This document shows positions 1 through 10,054 of a stretch of 64,000 bases of DNA, in pieces. The position numbers and the translations under genes are program-made. The notes under the pieces were generated by a model, which was not told where the DNA came from, did no database searches, and worked only from the letters and a program-made list of their open reading frames with translations. Positions within the stretch are counted from its first letter, which is position 1. Each line of letters opens with the position of its first letter. This DNA comes from Myxococcota bacterium (GTDB taxonomy: Bacteria > Myxococcota_A > SURF-8 > G963663525): the NCBI GenBank assembly GCA_963676915.2, contig CAXXVK010000054.1, forward strand, positions 1 through 64,000, read 5' to 3'.

Positions 1-3000
1 CACCACAGCGAGTCAAGGGGGAGGTGCCCCCAACGGTGGAAGTGCTCCGAAACCACCTGGAATTGGCAGTGGACGTTCACAAAGCAATATGCCGACCGTT
101 CCACCGTTCGCAGGTAGAAAAAACGATCCGGGAATGATTGGTCGCAATCAACCTCCGGTAGATCCTTCTCAACGGCGACCCACTGTTCAGATGCCACGAG
201 CGGCGCAACAGAATCTACCTTTTCGCAACCAGCCGCAGGGTGACGAGAAAAACTGGGCGAACCAGCGTTTTGGAGGGGGATTTCAGAATCCGAACCAATT
301 CGGAGGAATGAATCCTCCCAGCGCTACGCAGAAAATTATGATTGGCGACAACCAGGGGGGGAATCAGCAGCAATCCGGTCCTCCCCCAGCGATGTCGCGT
401 TTTGCCCCTCCAGGCGGTCATCCCGGTTTTGGTTCAATGAACAACCCAAATGGCTTTGGTCCTGCGATGGGAGGGTTCAAGCTGGAACAATCAGGCGATT
501 GGTGGTGGTGCGGACGCCTCGCAACAAATTCCACATATGGGTGGCGGTGCACCAGGGGCGGACCCTGCTGCGATAGCCAATCTCCAACGTTGGACGACGG
601 ATTTGTCCAACAAAATCGACGAGTTGACACAGAAGCTCGAAGGAGTTTCCTCCAAGCAACCGGATTTGTCCGAGTATCTGACCCAGGGGGAATTTCTCGA
701 ACTTAGTTCCGATTACGTAACTTCCAAAATATTCAAAGATTATACAAAAGGGTTCTTATCCAAAGATTCCATCAAAGATCAAATTCTCGACAAGGAACAG
801 ATTCAGGAACTTGTCCAAAGCGCGATAGACGAAAAGGGAGTTGCTTCCGTCGATACGGAAGCACTGGCCGAAAAGTTCGTAAAGCTTGAAGACCTGGAAA
901 AAATTCTTTCCTCTGTTGAGCAGCCCTCCTTCGATCCCGAGAGTCTTTCGGGAACTTTTGTAAGAAAAGAAGAATTGGACGCCGTATTATCCGAGCGTCC
1001 AGTCTCCGTCGATTCCGATCAATTGGCCGAAACGTTTATTCGTCGTGAAGATCTCGATGCTTTGTTGGCAGAAAAGGGGATGGTCGAAGCCGACGTGTCC
1101 GAGTTGGCGCAATCTTTTGCGAAAAAGACCGACCTTGACGACCTTGTTGCGAAATTGGAGGAGCAAAGCTTCGATCCCGAGAGTCTTTCGGGAACGTTCG
1201 TCAAAAAAGAAGAACTGGACGCTGTGTTGTCGGAGCGTCCGGCGGAAGTAGATTCCGATCAATTGGCGAAAACCTTCGTGCGACGGGATGATCTCGATAC
1301 GGTATTGGCCGAAAAAGGGATGGTCGAAGCCGACATGGCCGAGTTGGCGCAAGCGTTCGCGAAAAAGTCGGATCTTGACGACATTATTGAGAAGTTAGAG
1401 GCACAAAGCTTCGACCCCGAGAGTCTTGCGGGAACCTTCGTAAAGAAAGAAGAGCTGGACGAGGCGTTGGAAAGCCAGCGCGTTTCGGTGGAAAGTCCCG
1501 AGTTTGTCGAGACATTCTTCAAAAAAAACGATGCGCAGGAACTTGTCGCTTCTTTCGTAACCAAGGAAGAAGTTGAGGAAAAACTAGAATCCTTTGCCCA
1601 AAAAGAAGCGGAATGGCAGGAAAAACAAGAAAGCCAGCAAGCCGCCATAGAAAAACTGAACGAGCAGATCGAGCAGTATTCCAGCGAATTTTATGCGATC
1701 AAACGAGAGTTGCGGAATTCGATTCGTGAACTTCAGGAATCATTCGAAGATTTCCGCAATTCCGGCATGATAACCGAGGAACGGGGTCGGCGAGATTCTC
1801 GAACAGCGTCTTCCCAGTGAAGAACAGCTTGAAAGCTGGATTACGAAAGATGCTCTGGATGAACGTTTAAGCGAGCGCTTGGAAGGTTTGATCGACAGCG
1901 ATACGTTGGATGGTTGCTTGAATGAGCGTCTGGAAGGTTTGATCGACAGCGATACGTTGGATGGTCGCCTGAACGAGCGCTTGGAAGGTGTGATCGACAA
2001 CGATACGTTGGATGGTCGCCTGAATGAGCGCTTGGAAGGTTTGATCGACAGCGACACGTTGGATGGTCGCCTGAACGAGCGCTTGGAAGGTGTGATCGAC
2101 AGCGATACGTTGGACGGTCATTTGAATGAGCGCTTGGAAGGTTTGATCGACAGCGATACGTTGGATGGTCGCTTGAACGAACGCCTGGAAGGTGTGATCG
2201 ACGCCGACACGTTAGATGGTCGTTTGAATGAGCGACTGGAAGGTCTGATCGATGCCGACACGTTGGATGGTCGCCTAAACGAACGCTTGGAAGATGTACC
2301 AACTGCTGAAACTCTCGAAGAGAAACTCGGCGAGAAACTGGAAGAATTTGAAAAGACTTTTGAAGAAAAGCTCTCCGGTACCATGGAATCGATGGAACGT
2401 ATCGATGAATTGGCCGAATCGTTGATGCGCAATACGATCAATATTGAAAGCCTGACGGTCAACAATCACGAAATGTATCAGCGCATTACGGAAATTCAGG
2501 ATTCCATGCTGAAATTGGGAGAAGGCAAAGACGAACTGCTCGAAAAGGCGAGTGAAAAAGCTAAAGAAGAAGTGGCACGGGTCGAAGAAGTTGCCTTGTC
2601 GCGTCCCAAACTTGAATGGAATCACTTCGCTCAGGGACTTTACAAGCTTCGGGAGAATCTGGGGCTGGATCAGCGTGAATCGTGGTGGATGCATGAGTTT
2701 TCTATGGGTTGGGAAATGCTCGTCGAGCGTGTACAGGACACCGAGCAATCCTGGATTCCCGAAGAAACCGTCGAAGAAATCATGCAGCAAGTTATGGACA
2801 ACCCACGGTACAAAGTGCTGCGAGAGTTGGGTGCGATCGAGCGAGCGGGTGCGACATACGGTCAAGCCGAAGAAGGAACGGATGCCAACCCGGTCGCTCT
2901 CGTGTTGCAGACTGTTTCCCGTTTGATGATTGTCGGCGAAAGCGTCGGTGGAACGGGAATGGAATTGCAGAACGACCAAGGGCAGGTTTTGTCCGGTATG

Positions 3001-3297
3001 GTGATGAAAATCGTATCGGATCTCTATCTGGCGATAACATCCGGTGGCGTAGAAGAACCCGACGAGGAGCAATTCCGTTGGCTCAACTCCATTGCTGAAG
3101 TCGTCGAGCTTCTTCTGCATCTGCCGCGTTTGGGGAAAGCCTTCGATCCCTTCAGTTCCAAAGTCGCAGGACAGGAAGAATCGGGCTTCGGTGGTTGGCA
3201 CCACGGTGGTACCGTCAAATCCATTGTCAAGCCCGGATTCCACTCCGCCGAGGGTGAAATTATCGAGTACGCCGTGGTTGAGTTGGAAGAAAGCTGA
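1..3297 (+). CDS. Large repeat protein, 5' end outside the window, interrupted by two +1 frameshifts: G/P/N/Q/F-rich low-complexity region, 80-aa repeats, coiled coil, 17-aa repeats, GrpE-like C-terminal domain
   Basis: Frame 2 is open from position 2. Deleting one G at 473-475 joins it to ORF 450-1820 (MGG|SSWNNQ). Deleting one G at 1783-1786 joins that to the frame of ORF 1879-3297 (EER|VGEILEQRL), which is open from 1774. The C-terminus GKAFDP...GTVKSIVKPGF...AVV resembles the GrpE beta-head. Confidence 0.65.
928..1470 (+). repeat. In-frame 240-bp (80-aa) tandem repeat, about 2.3 copies
   Basis: TTCGA(T/C)CCCGAGAGTCTT recurs at about 930, 1170 and 1410 (SFDPESL(S/A)GTFV). Each unit contains three ~27-aa subrepeats. 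Confidence 0.9.
1879..2286 (+). repeat. In-frame 51-bp (17-aa) tandem repeat, 8 copies
   Basis: LEG(L/V)ID(S/N/A)DTLDG(R/C/H)LNER x8. Variation is mostly synonymous and there are no spacers. Confidence 0.95.
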
Positions 3298-3390
3298 TAA
3301 AATTCAAGTAGATGGCGTTGGTTATCCTGTTTCGTAAAGACAGGAAATTCCGTCGCCTCATAGTGAAAATACTCGTTAAAACGTTTTTAT

Positions 3391-3425
3391 CTCGCGCCGA
3401 AGCGTTGTTGCCCGGCGCGAGTTTT
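3391..3425 (+). terminator. Putative intrinsic terminator
   Basis: 9-bp stem CTCGCGCCG/CGGCGCGAG followed by TTTT, downstream of the repeat gene. Confidence 0.5.
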
Positions 3426-3570
3426 GTCTGATATCTACAAAACCCCGCCGATTCTTCTTGCATACGAATCGGCGAGCGGTAATATATTCGTTCCCCGTTT
3501 TTAGGGAGCGTTTTCGATCTACACCATTGTGTGAGTCGAAGAGAACACGATTGTCTGGAAAGGTTGTACG

Positions 3571-5307
3571 ATGCGATACTCACGGATGCTGATTCCGACT
3601 CTGAAAGAAGTTCCTGCCGATGCGCAGGTGCAAAGCCATATTCTGATGTTGCGTGCGGGAATGATTCGCAAACTCGCGGCGGGAATCTATACGTATCTGC
3701 CTTTGGCTCTGCGTTCGATTCGCAAAGTGGAAACGATCGTGCGAGAGGAACTGAATCGTAGCGGTGCTCAGGAATTGCTGATGCCGATGGTGCAACCGTC
3801 CGAAATCTGGGAAAGTTCCGGGCGTTGGAATCAGTACGGTCCAGAATTGCTGCGCATCAAAGACAGAAAAGGCGGGGAATTCTGCCTCGGACCGACACAC
3901 GAGGAAGTCATCACCCATCTGTTCTCCAACGAAATCAAGAGTTATCGGCAACTTCCGATCAATCTCTATCAGATCATGGACAAGTTCCGTGACGAAATCC
4001 GACCTCGCTTCGGTCTGATGCGTGGGCGGGAATTCATCATGAAGGATGCGTATTCCTTCCATATCAATAAGGAAGATGCGTTGGAGAGTGGCTATAAGGT
4101 CATGTACGACGCATACACGCGCATTTTCACGCGTTGTGGTCTGAAGTTCCGTGCCGTCGAAGCGGATACGGGAGCGATCGGCGGGAATTATTCCCACGAA
4201 TTCCAGGTGTTGGCGTCTTCCGGTGAAGATACCATTCTGGCCTGCGATGCCTGCGAGTATTCCGCCAATGTCGAAAAAGCGGAATCGAAGTATGAAATGA
4301 CCGGAGAGGTTGAACCGGGTAGCGCCGAAGTGGTTGAGGTTCATACGCCGAACCAACGGACCATCGACGAGATTTCGGCCTTTTTGAAGGTCGGTCCCGA
4401 AAAATTGATCAAAACCCTGATCTACCACGACGACGATGGCAAGTTCTACGCGATTTGTCTGCGTGGTGACGAAGAACTCAACGAATTAAAACTGAAAAAC
4501 CACCTCGGGGTAAACGCGGTTTATGCGGCAGAAGAGGCGGATATTCTCAAGCAAACCGGTGCGCCGGTTGGGTTTGCCGGACCGGTTGGTATGAAACTGC
4601 CGGTGATCTGCGATTTTTCGGTGAAAACCGTGGCCGACGGCGTGACCGGTGCCAACAAGAAAGATTACCACTTTACCGGAGTGAATCGAGGACGCGATTT
4701 CGAACCCATAGCCTGGGCCGATCTCCGTTGCGCCAAAGACGGCGAAGGTTGTCCCCGATGCGATGGTGGAATTCTGCACGAATACAAGGGAATCGAGGTT
4801 GGACAGACCTTCTATCTCGGCAAGAAATATTCCTCTAAAATGAAGGCAGTGGTCCAGGACGAAAACGGCAAGGACGTAGCGGTCGAAATGGGGTGTTACG
4901 GCATCGGCGTCAGTCGGACCGTGGCCTCAGCTATCGAGCAGAACCACGATGACAAAGGAATTATCTGGCCCTTGCCCATAGCTCCATTTGCCGTGGAAAT
5001 CCTACCGGTGATGATGAAAGACGATGCCGTACGTGAGGCCGGAGAAAAGCTGTATGGCGAGCTGCTGGAGTTGGGAATCGAGGTACTGTTAGATGATCGT
5101 ACCGAACGACCCGGTATCAAGTTCAACGATGCGGATTTGTTGGGAATTCCTATTCGTATCACCATCGGCAAGAAAAGCCTGAAAGACGGAAACGTCGAGT
5201 TCAAACTGCGTCGTTCGCAAGACGTCGAACTGATTCCGTTGACGGATATCGTGACGAAAGTCCAGGATACGATAGCAGCCCTGATGGCTGAATGCTCGGG
5301 AGAATGA
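3571..5307 (+). CDS. proS: Proline--tRNA ligase (bacterial type with editing insertion)
   Basis: LGPTHEE, FRDEIRPRFGLMRGREFIMKDAYSF, MGCYGIGVSR, and the anticodon-binding domain DDRTERPGIKFNDADLLGIP. Confidence 0.98.
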   Translation: MRYSRMLIPTLKEVPADAQVQSHILMLRAGMIRKLAAGIYTYLPLALRSIRKVETIVREELNRSGAQELLMPMVQPSEIWESSGRWNQYGPELLRIKDRKGGEFCLGPTHEEVITHLFSNEIKSYRQLPINLYQIMDKFRDEIRPRFGLMRGREFIMKDAYSFHINKEDALESGYKVMYDAYTRIFTRCGLKFRAVEADTGAIGGNYSHEFQVLASSGEDTILACDACEYSANVEKAESKYEMTGEVEPGSAEVVEVHTPNQRTIDEISAFLKVGPEKLIKTLIYHDDDGKFYAICLRGDEELNELKLKNHLGVNAVYAAEEADILKQTGAPVGFAGPVGMKLPVICDFSVKTVADGVTGANKKDYHFTGVNRGRDFEPIAWADLRCAKDGEGCPRCDGGILHEYKGIEVGQTFYLGKKYSSKMKAVVQDENGKDVAVEMGCYGIGVSRTVASAIEQNHDDKGIIWPLPIAPFAVEILPVMMKDDAVREAGEKLYGELLELGIEVLLDDRTERPGIKFNDADLLGIPIRITIGKKSLKDGNVEFKLRRSQDVELIPLTDIVTKVQDTIAALMAECSGE

Positions 5308-5310
5308 ACC

Positions 5311-6051
5311 ATGGAAATCATCGAAGCACGCAAAAAGCTGATCGTGGCGATGGACGGAGATTATTCCCTCCAGCAACTGCGTAACCAGGCGAAAACTCTG
5401 AAGAATGCCGTGGGCATGTTCAAAGTCGGTATGCGCCTGTTCACTCGACTCGGACCGGATGCGGTGGATGCCATCGCATCGGAAGGTCTGGGTGTCTTCC
5501 TGGATTTGAAATATCACGACATTCCCAATACGGTTGCACAAGCCTGTGATGAAGCGGTTCGTCTGGGTGGTGTAAGCATGTTTACCGTGCATGCCGCCGG
5601 TGGATCGAAAATGCTGATTCGTGCCGTGGAAGCGACTCGGGAAGCTGCTGCACGCTCCAGTATGGCAAGACCGAAAATCCTGGCTGTTACGGTTCTGACC
5701 AGCTTGGGTAACGACGATCTAGAAGAACTGGGAATCGGAGAAACGGTTTCCCAGCGGGTCGCTCGTTTGGCCGGATTGGCCTCTGACAGCGGTGCGGATG
5801 GTGTTATCGCCAGTCCTCGGGAAATTTCGATTGCTCGTGAACAGATGGGCGATGGCTTTTTGATCGTCACGCCGGGAATTCGTATGCAGGAGACCCCGGT
5901 AGGTAAAGCCGATGACCAGCGGCGCACCTTGTCACCCGGACAGGCCATGGAGGCCGGGGCCGATTATATCGTGGTGGGACGGCCGATCATCGCGGCCGAA
6001 GATCCCGTGGATGCAGCCGAACGCATCGTTCATGCTATGGCGGAGGTCTGA
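5311..6051 (+). CDS. pyrF: Orotidine-5'-phosphate decarboxylase
   Basis: DLKYHDIPNT active-site motif, AVTVLTS, VTPGIR, VVGRPI. Confidence 0.97.
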   Translation: MEIIEARKKLIVAMDGDYSLQQLRNQAKTLKNAVGMFKVGMRLFTRLGPDAVDAIASEGLGVFLDLKYHDIPNTVAQACDEAVRLGGVSMFTVHAAGGSKMLIRAVEATREAAARSSMARPKILAVTVLTSLGNDDLEELGIGETVSQRVARLAGLASDSGADGVIASPREISIAREQMGDGFLIVTPGIRMQETPVGKADDQRRTLSPGQAMEAGADYIVVGRPIIAAEDPVDAAERIVHAMAEV

Positions 6052-6783
6052 TTGCCTCGAAGAGTCGCCGGAATCCGGCCCGTGTTGGAGGTTTTGGAAC
6101 GCAAGCCCGAAGACTGCCGCCGTGCCTGGATGAAAGAAGGAGTGAACAAAAACGCTCTGGAGCGCGTTCATTTGCGCTTAAAACAACATGATATTCCACT
6201 AGAAATCGTTCCCAAAAACGATCTCGACCAACTGTTTTCCGGCAATCATCAAGGGGTGGTTGTCGAGTTGAAGCCGTTTCGTTACGCTTCATTCGATGAG
6301 GTGTTTTCTCGTGCCGCCGATGGTTCGAGCATTGTTCTTGTACTCGATCAGGTGCAAGATCCCCATAATTTCGGAGCGTTGATCCGAACCGCCGAAGTGA
6401 TCGGCTGCCGAGCGGTGCTGATCGTCAAAGACAAGCAAGTCGAGGTAAGTCCGACAGTCGAAAGAGTTAGCGCCGGAGCAACGCAATGGATTCCCATCAT
6501 TCGCGAAACCAATCTCGTAAGATCGCTTAACCAATTGAAAAAACTTGGATTCTGGATCTACGGACTCGCAGGGGAGGGGACGAGCGAGCTGTACGACTTG
6601 GATCTAAGTGGGGACGTGGTGCTCGTAGCGGGTTCCGAGGGTCGTGGATTGCGCCCTGGAACCCGCAAAGCTTGCGACGCTCTATGTCGATTGCCGATGC
6701 GTGGCAATGTCGCATCGTACAATGTCTCCGTTGCGGCGGGAATGGCGCTGGGTGAAATTTTGCGTCAGCATGGAAAACGCTGA
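6052..6783 (+). CDS. rlmB: 23S rRNA Gm2251 2'-O-methyltransferase (TrmH/SpoU family)
   Basis: HQGVV, LDQVQDPHNFGALIRTA, GSEGRGLR, SYNVSVA; TTG start directly after the pyrF stop. Confidence 0.9.
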   Translation: MPRRVAGIRPVLEVLERKPEDCRRAWMKEGVNKNALERVHLRLKQHDIPLEIVPKNDLDQLFSGNHQGVVVELKPFRYASFDEVFSRAADGSSIVLVLDQVQDPHNFGALIRTAEVIGCRAVLIVKDKQVEVSPTVERVSAGATQWIPIIRETNLVRSLNQLKKLGFWIYGLAGEGTSELYDLDLSGDVVLVAGSEGRGLRPGTRKACDALCRLPMRGNVASYNVSVAAGMALGEILRQHGKR

Positions 6784-6995
6784 AAATTCGCAGGTTTCGC
6801 TTTCTTCCATCAATTCATGAAGGATTTTCTTTTCTGGTTTGCAGATGTCGCACTGTTTTGTTCGGAAAGTGGGTGATTTTCTTCATATTGCACCTGAAAA
6901 AGCAGTCCGAAATGGTGAAAAAACGAACGACGGAAACAAGGTATTTTTCGGTCGTTAATTTTATTGACGAAGGGGTTGCGTTTATCCCAAATCCA

Positions 6996-7024
6996 TTGAC
7001 AGTTTGACCTAATTATGTGATAAT
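6996..7024 (+). promoter_or_regulatory. Putative sigma70 promoter for romR
   Basis: TTGACA-N17-GATAAT in an AT-rich intergenic region. Confidence 0.5.
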
Positions 7025-7178
7025 TCTGCAAAAATATCTTTCATATTGAAAATATTTTTCGTATCCATAGCTGCATTCAAACGATTTCGTGAAACACGGG
7101 GCGAAAGAAGGTCCAGTAAATAGAACCATTTAGCTTGTGTGGGATGACTTCTTTCACTTGTCTGCAAGGAGAGCCGGA

Positions 7179-9956
7179 ATGAGCAAGAAATTGCTGGTGG
7201 CGGATGATTCAACGACCATTCGTGAAATGGTCAGACTGACTTTTTTGAATACGGATGTCGAAGTGCTTGCCACCGAGGATGGCCAATCCGCCATCGATCT
7301 CGCCCGGAAGGCATCTCCCGATCTGATTCTCGCGGATGTCAACATGCCCGGAATGGATGGGTATGATGTTTGCCGGAACATTCGTTCCGATTCCGAGCTT
7401 GCGAAAATTCCTATACTGCTGTTTACGGGGCTCGAATCCGAACCGGACGAAGAACTCGCCGCCGCGGTTGGTTCGCAGGGGTACGCTTTCAAACCCTTCG
7501 ATACGGAACAATTGATCGAACTCGTCAACCAGCACGCCGGTCAGTGGGTCGAAGGAACCACTGCAAGTGCAGGAGAGGCGGATCTCCAGGGGCAGGACGA
7601 ACTCGAAGATATCGAAATCCTGGAATTGGATGAAAACGATATCGAAATGATCGAAGACGATTCCATGGGGGATCTGGATATTCAGCCGATGGAAGCCCAG
7701 GAAGAATCTGCAGTTGCCGAAGAGAAACCGCAAGATGATTTCGACTTTATGGGAGCTATGGACGAAGTCCCGGAGGCTTCGCCGGAGCCAGAACCAGAGC
7801 CTATATCCGAGCCAGTATTGGAACTCGAATCCCAACCCGTTTTGGATGTGCAATCCGAGCCTGAACCTGAGTTGGAATTGGAATCCCAGCCGGTATTGGA
7901 AGTGGAACCCACGGCAGAAGCGCCGATGGAAGTTAAGTCTTCGACCGAACCTTTCGCAACGGAAATTCCCAGCGAAATCCCCGATGTACCCGAGGAAAAA
8001 GAGGTCGTAGACGAAGTTTTGGATTATGCAACGGAAATTCCTGGAGAGGCTGGAGACGCACTGGATTACGAATCATCTTCCAGTGCCGGGATGGACTATT
8101 CAAGCATCGATGAATTATTGGATGAAATCCCTTCAGCCGAAGATGCTCCCCAAGCGGAAGCTGTTGAGGAAAAAGTCGAAGAAAAAGCGGAAGAAAAACC
8201 CACGGAACTACCTCCCATGGCTTTCGATGATATTTCCATGGATGAGGAAGAAAAGCCGATGGAATTCGAGTCCATTCCAAGTGCGGAAATCATCATGGAT
8301 GATGACGTGGAACCTATAGCCGATGAACCCGTCGTCGAAGCAGAGCCGGAATTGATTTCTGAAGAACCTGAACCTATAGCGGATGAACCTGTTGTAGAGG
8401 CGGAACCTGAACTGATTTCGGAAGAGTCCGAACCGGAAGTGTTGGAAGAACCCGAAACCGTTATCGAACCCGAGCCGCTCGAAGAACCGGTTCTAGCGGA
8501 ACCGGAGCCAGAGGAAGAGTTCGAAACGATTCCGGAAGACGATCTGGAGTTGATTCCCGAAGACGCTCCCGCCCAAGATGTAATCGAACCGAAAATGACC
8601 GACGATGTGGTTGATTTGCTGGCGGAATCCGACGAAATTGATGAGCCGGAACCGGAAGTGGATTTGGAACCGATCTCTGTAGAACCCGAGCCGGAAGAAG
8701 CCGACATTCAGCACGAAATTCAGGCGGATGACCTTCCCGAACAGCCGGTTGCCGACGAATTGGCGGTGGAATCTGTCGAACCGGTTGAACCTTCCGAGGA
8801 ATTCGAAGTTACAAATGTCGTAGAGCATCCCAAGAAAGAATCTCCAGTTTCCGCTGGTCAGGCTGCAATCGATCCCGAGATGTTGAAGGAGATCGTTTCC
8901 GACACCATACAGAGCCAGTTGTCCGAAACGCTCGAAAACCTGTTGCCGAATCTTCTGCAGCAGACCATGGAGAAGGTCGCGGATTCGCAAGTGGATGTTA
9001 TCGAAGAGAAAATCGCTTCCGGTTTGTCCGCTCTTTCCGAGAAAACCGACGATCCGACCGCTTCTTTCAAAGAAGAATTCGAGCAGGTCAAAGAAACACA
9101 ACAAGGACTCAAGGATGGCTTGGAACAACTTCGGCAGGATGTGTCGGATTGGCTGAAAATCCAGGAAGATACGATCGCCGAAAAACTCGCGCCGCTGGAA
9201 GTCTTCCCGAACCAGCTACTCGACCGGCTGGAAATGATGAACGACAAGCTTGGCGTGGTTGGACAACAGATTTCAGGGTTGAATATCGAGATGCCGGAGA
9301 TTTCCCTCGATCCCGTCACTGATGGATTGGACGGACTCAAGGAACAGTCTTCGACGTTGGAATCGGCACTTTCCGGTCTTGGTGAACGGCTCGATACTTT
9401 GCAAGCCACATTCAAAGAACATGCCGATGATCACGGAACTGATGCGTCCGAACCGGTTTTGAGCAAACTGGAAGAACTTGGTGCGACATTGGGCGAGAAA
9501 TTCGCTGCGATGGAGAATGCTGCGCCACAAGAGACCGGAGCTTCGGAAGCGTTTGTCGAAGGAAAACTTCAGGAGCTTTCGGCGCTGGTTTCTTCCAAGA
9601 TTGAAAATGCTCCAGCACCCGCCGAAGTGGATTTGAGTGAAATTCTCAACGAATTCGTGTCGTTGCGGATGTTGATCGAAGAAAAAGCTACACCGGCGGC
9701 AGATTCGGACAAAGGCGAGTCCGTACGTCAGGAACTGATGAAGTTCGCCCGTTGGATGGATGTCCGGCTGAAGAAGATTCCTGCGGTTTCCGGGGGAAGT
9801 GGAGATGGTGGAGTCGATGCCGAAGCGATTCGTGCCGCCCTGCGTGACGAATTGGGTAGCATGATGGGTGAGCGGGTCGATGCTGTCGTATGGGAAGTCG
9901 TACCGGATTTGGTAGACACGATCCTCAAGAATGAACTGGCCAAAAGGGGTAGCTGA
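7179..9956 (+). CDS. romR: RomR-like polarity response regulator (receiver, very long acidic Pro/Glu linker, helical region, RomR C-terminal motif)
   Basis: Receiver LLVADDS...LADVNMPGMDG...KPF; C-terminal VVWEVVPDLVDTILKNEL; lies directly upstream of valS as in myxobacteria; RBS AAGGAG before ATG 7179. Confidence 0.75.
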   Translation: MSKKLLVADDSTTIREMVRLTFLNTDVEVLATEDGQSAIDLARKASPDLILADVNMPGMDGYDVCRNIRSDSELAKIPILLFTGLESEPDEELAAAVGSQGYAFKPFDTEQLIELVNQHAGQWVEGTTASAGEADLQGQDELEDIEILELDENDIEMIEDDSMGDLDIQPMEAQEESAVAEEKPQDDFDFMGAMDEVPEASPEPEPEPISEPVLELESQPVLDVQSEPEPELELESQPVLEVEPTAEAPMEVKSSTEPFATEIPSEIPDVPEEKEVVDEVLDYATEIPGEAGDALDYESSSSAGMDYSSIDELLDEIPSAEDAPQAEAVEEKVEEKAEEKPTELPPMAFDDISMDEEEKPMEFESIPSAEIIMDDDVEPIADEPVVEAEPELISEEPEPIADEPVVEAEPELISEESEPEVLEEPETVIEPEPLEEPVLAEPEPEEEFETIPEDDLELIPEDAPAQDVIEPKMTDDVVDLLAESDEIDEPEPEVDLEPISVEPEPEEADIQHEIQADDLPEQPVADELAVESVEPVEPSEEFEVTNVVEHPKKESPVSAGQAAIDPEMLKEIVSDTIQSQLSETLENLLPNLLQQTMEKVADSQVDVIEEKIASGLSALSEKTDDPTASFKEEFEQVKETQQGLKDGLEQLRQDVSDWLKIQEDTIAEKLAPLEVFPNQLLDRLEMMNDKLGVVGQQISGLNIEMPEISLDPVTDGLDGLKEQSSTLESALSGLGERLDTLQATFKEHADDHGTDASEPVLSKLEELGATLGEKFAAMENAAPQETGASEAFVEGKLQELSALVSSKIENAPAPAEVDLSEILNEFVSLRMLIEEKATPAADSDKGESVRQELMKFARWMDVRLKKIPAVSGGSGDGGVDAEAIRAALRDELGSMMGERVDAVVWEVVPDLVDTILKNELAKRGS
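8310..8429 (+). repeat. 60-bp (20-aa) tandem duplication in the RomR linker
   Basis: GAACCTATAGC at 8310 and 8370; EPIADEPVVEAEPELISEE x2. Confidence 0.85.
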
Positions 9957-9989
9957 TTCTTGCGGTAACCCTTTCGAAGGTGATACAAC

Positions 9990-10016
9990 AAGCCAGCCTT
10001 CGGGCTGGCTTTTTTG
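9990..10016 (+). terminator. Intrinsic terminator between romR and valS
   Basis: AAGCCAGCC-TTCG-GGCTGGCTT followed by a T run. Confidence 0.8.
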
Positions 10017-10054
10017 GTTTGTCGAAACAAAGCAGTATGCAGGAGAACGCAATC

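Noticed and set aside
476-706. C-terminal part of ORF 89-706 (KLEQSGDWWWCGR...)
   Set aside because: Out-of-frame read-through after the first frameshift; the composition continues naturally in the +1 frame
1879-2286. 51-bp repeats as a CRISPR array
   Set aside because: Head-to-tail with no unique spacers, period divisible by 3, mostly synonymous variation, and no cas genes
3298-3570. T-box riboswitches before proS, valS or ileS
   Set aside because: No AAGGTGGNACC-type T-box sequence is visible in these leaders
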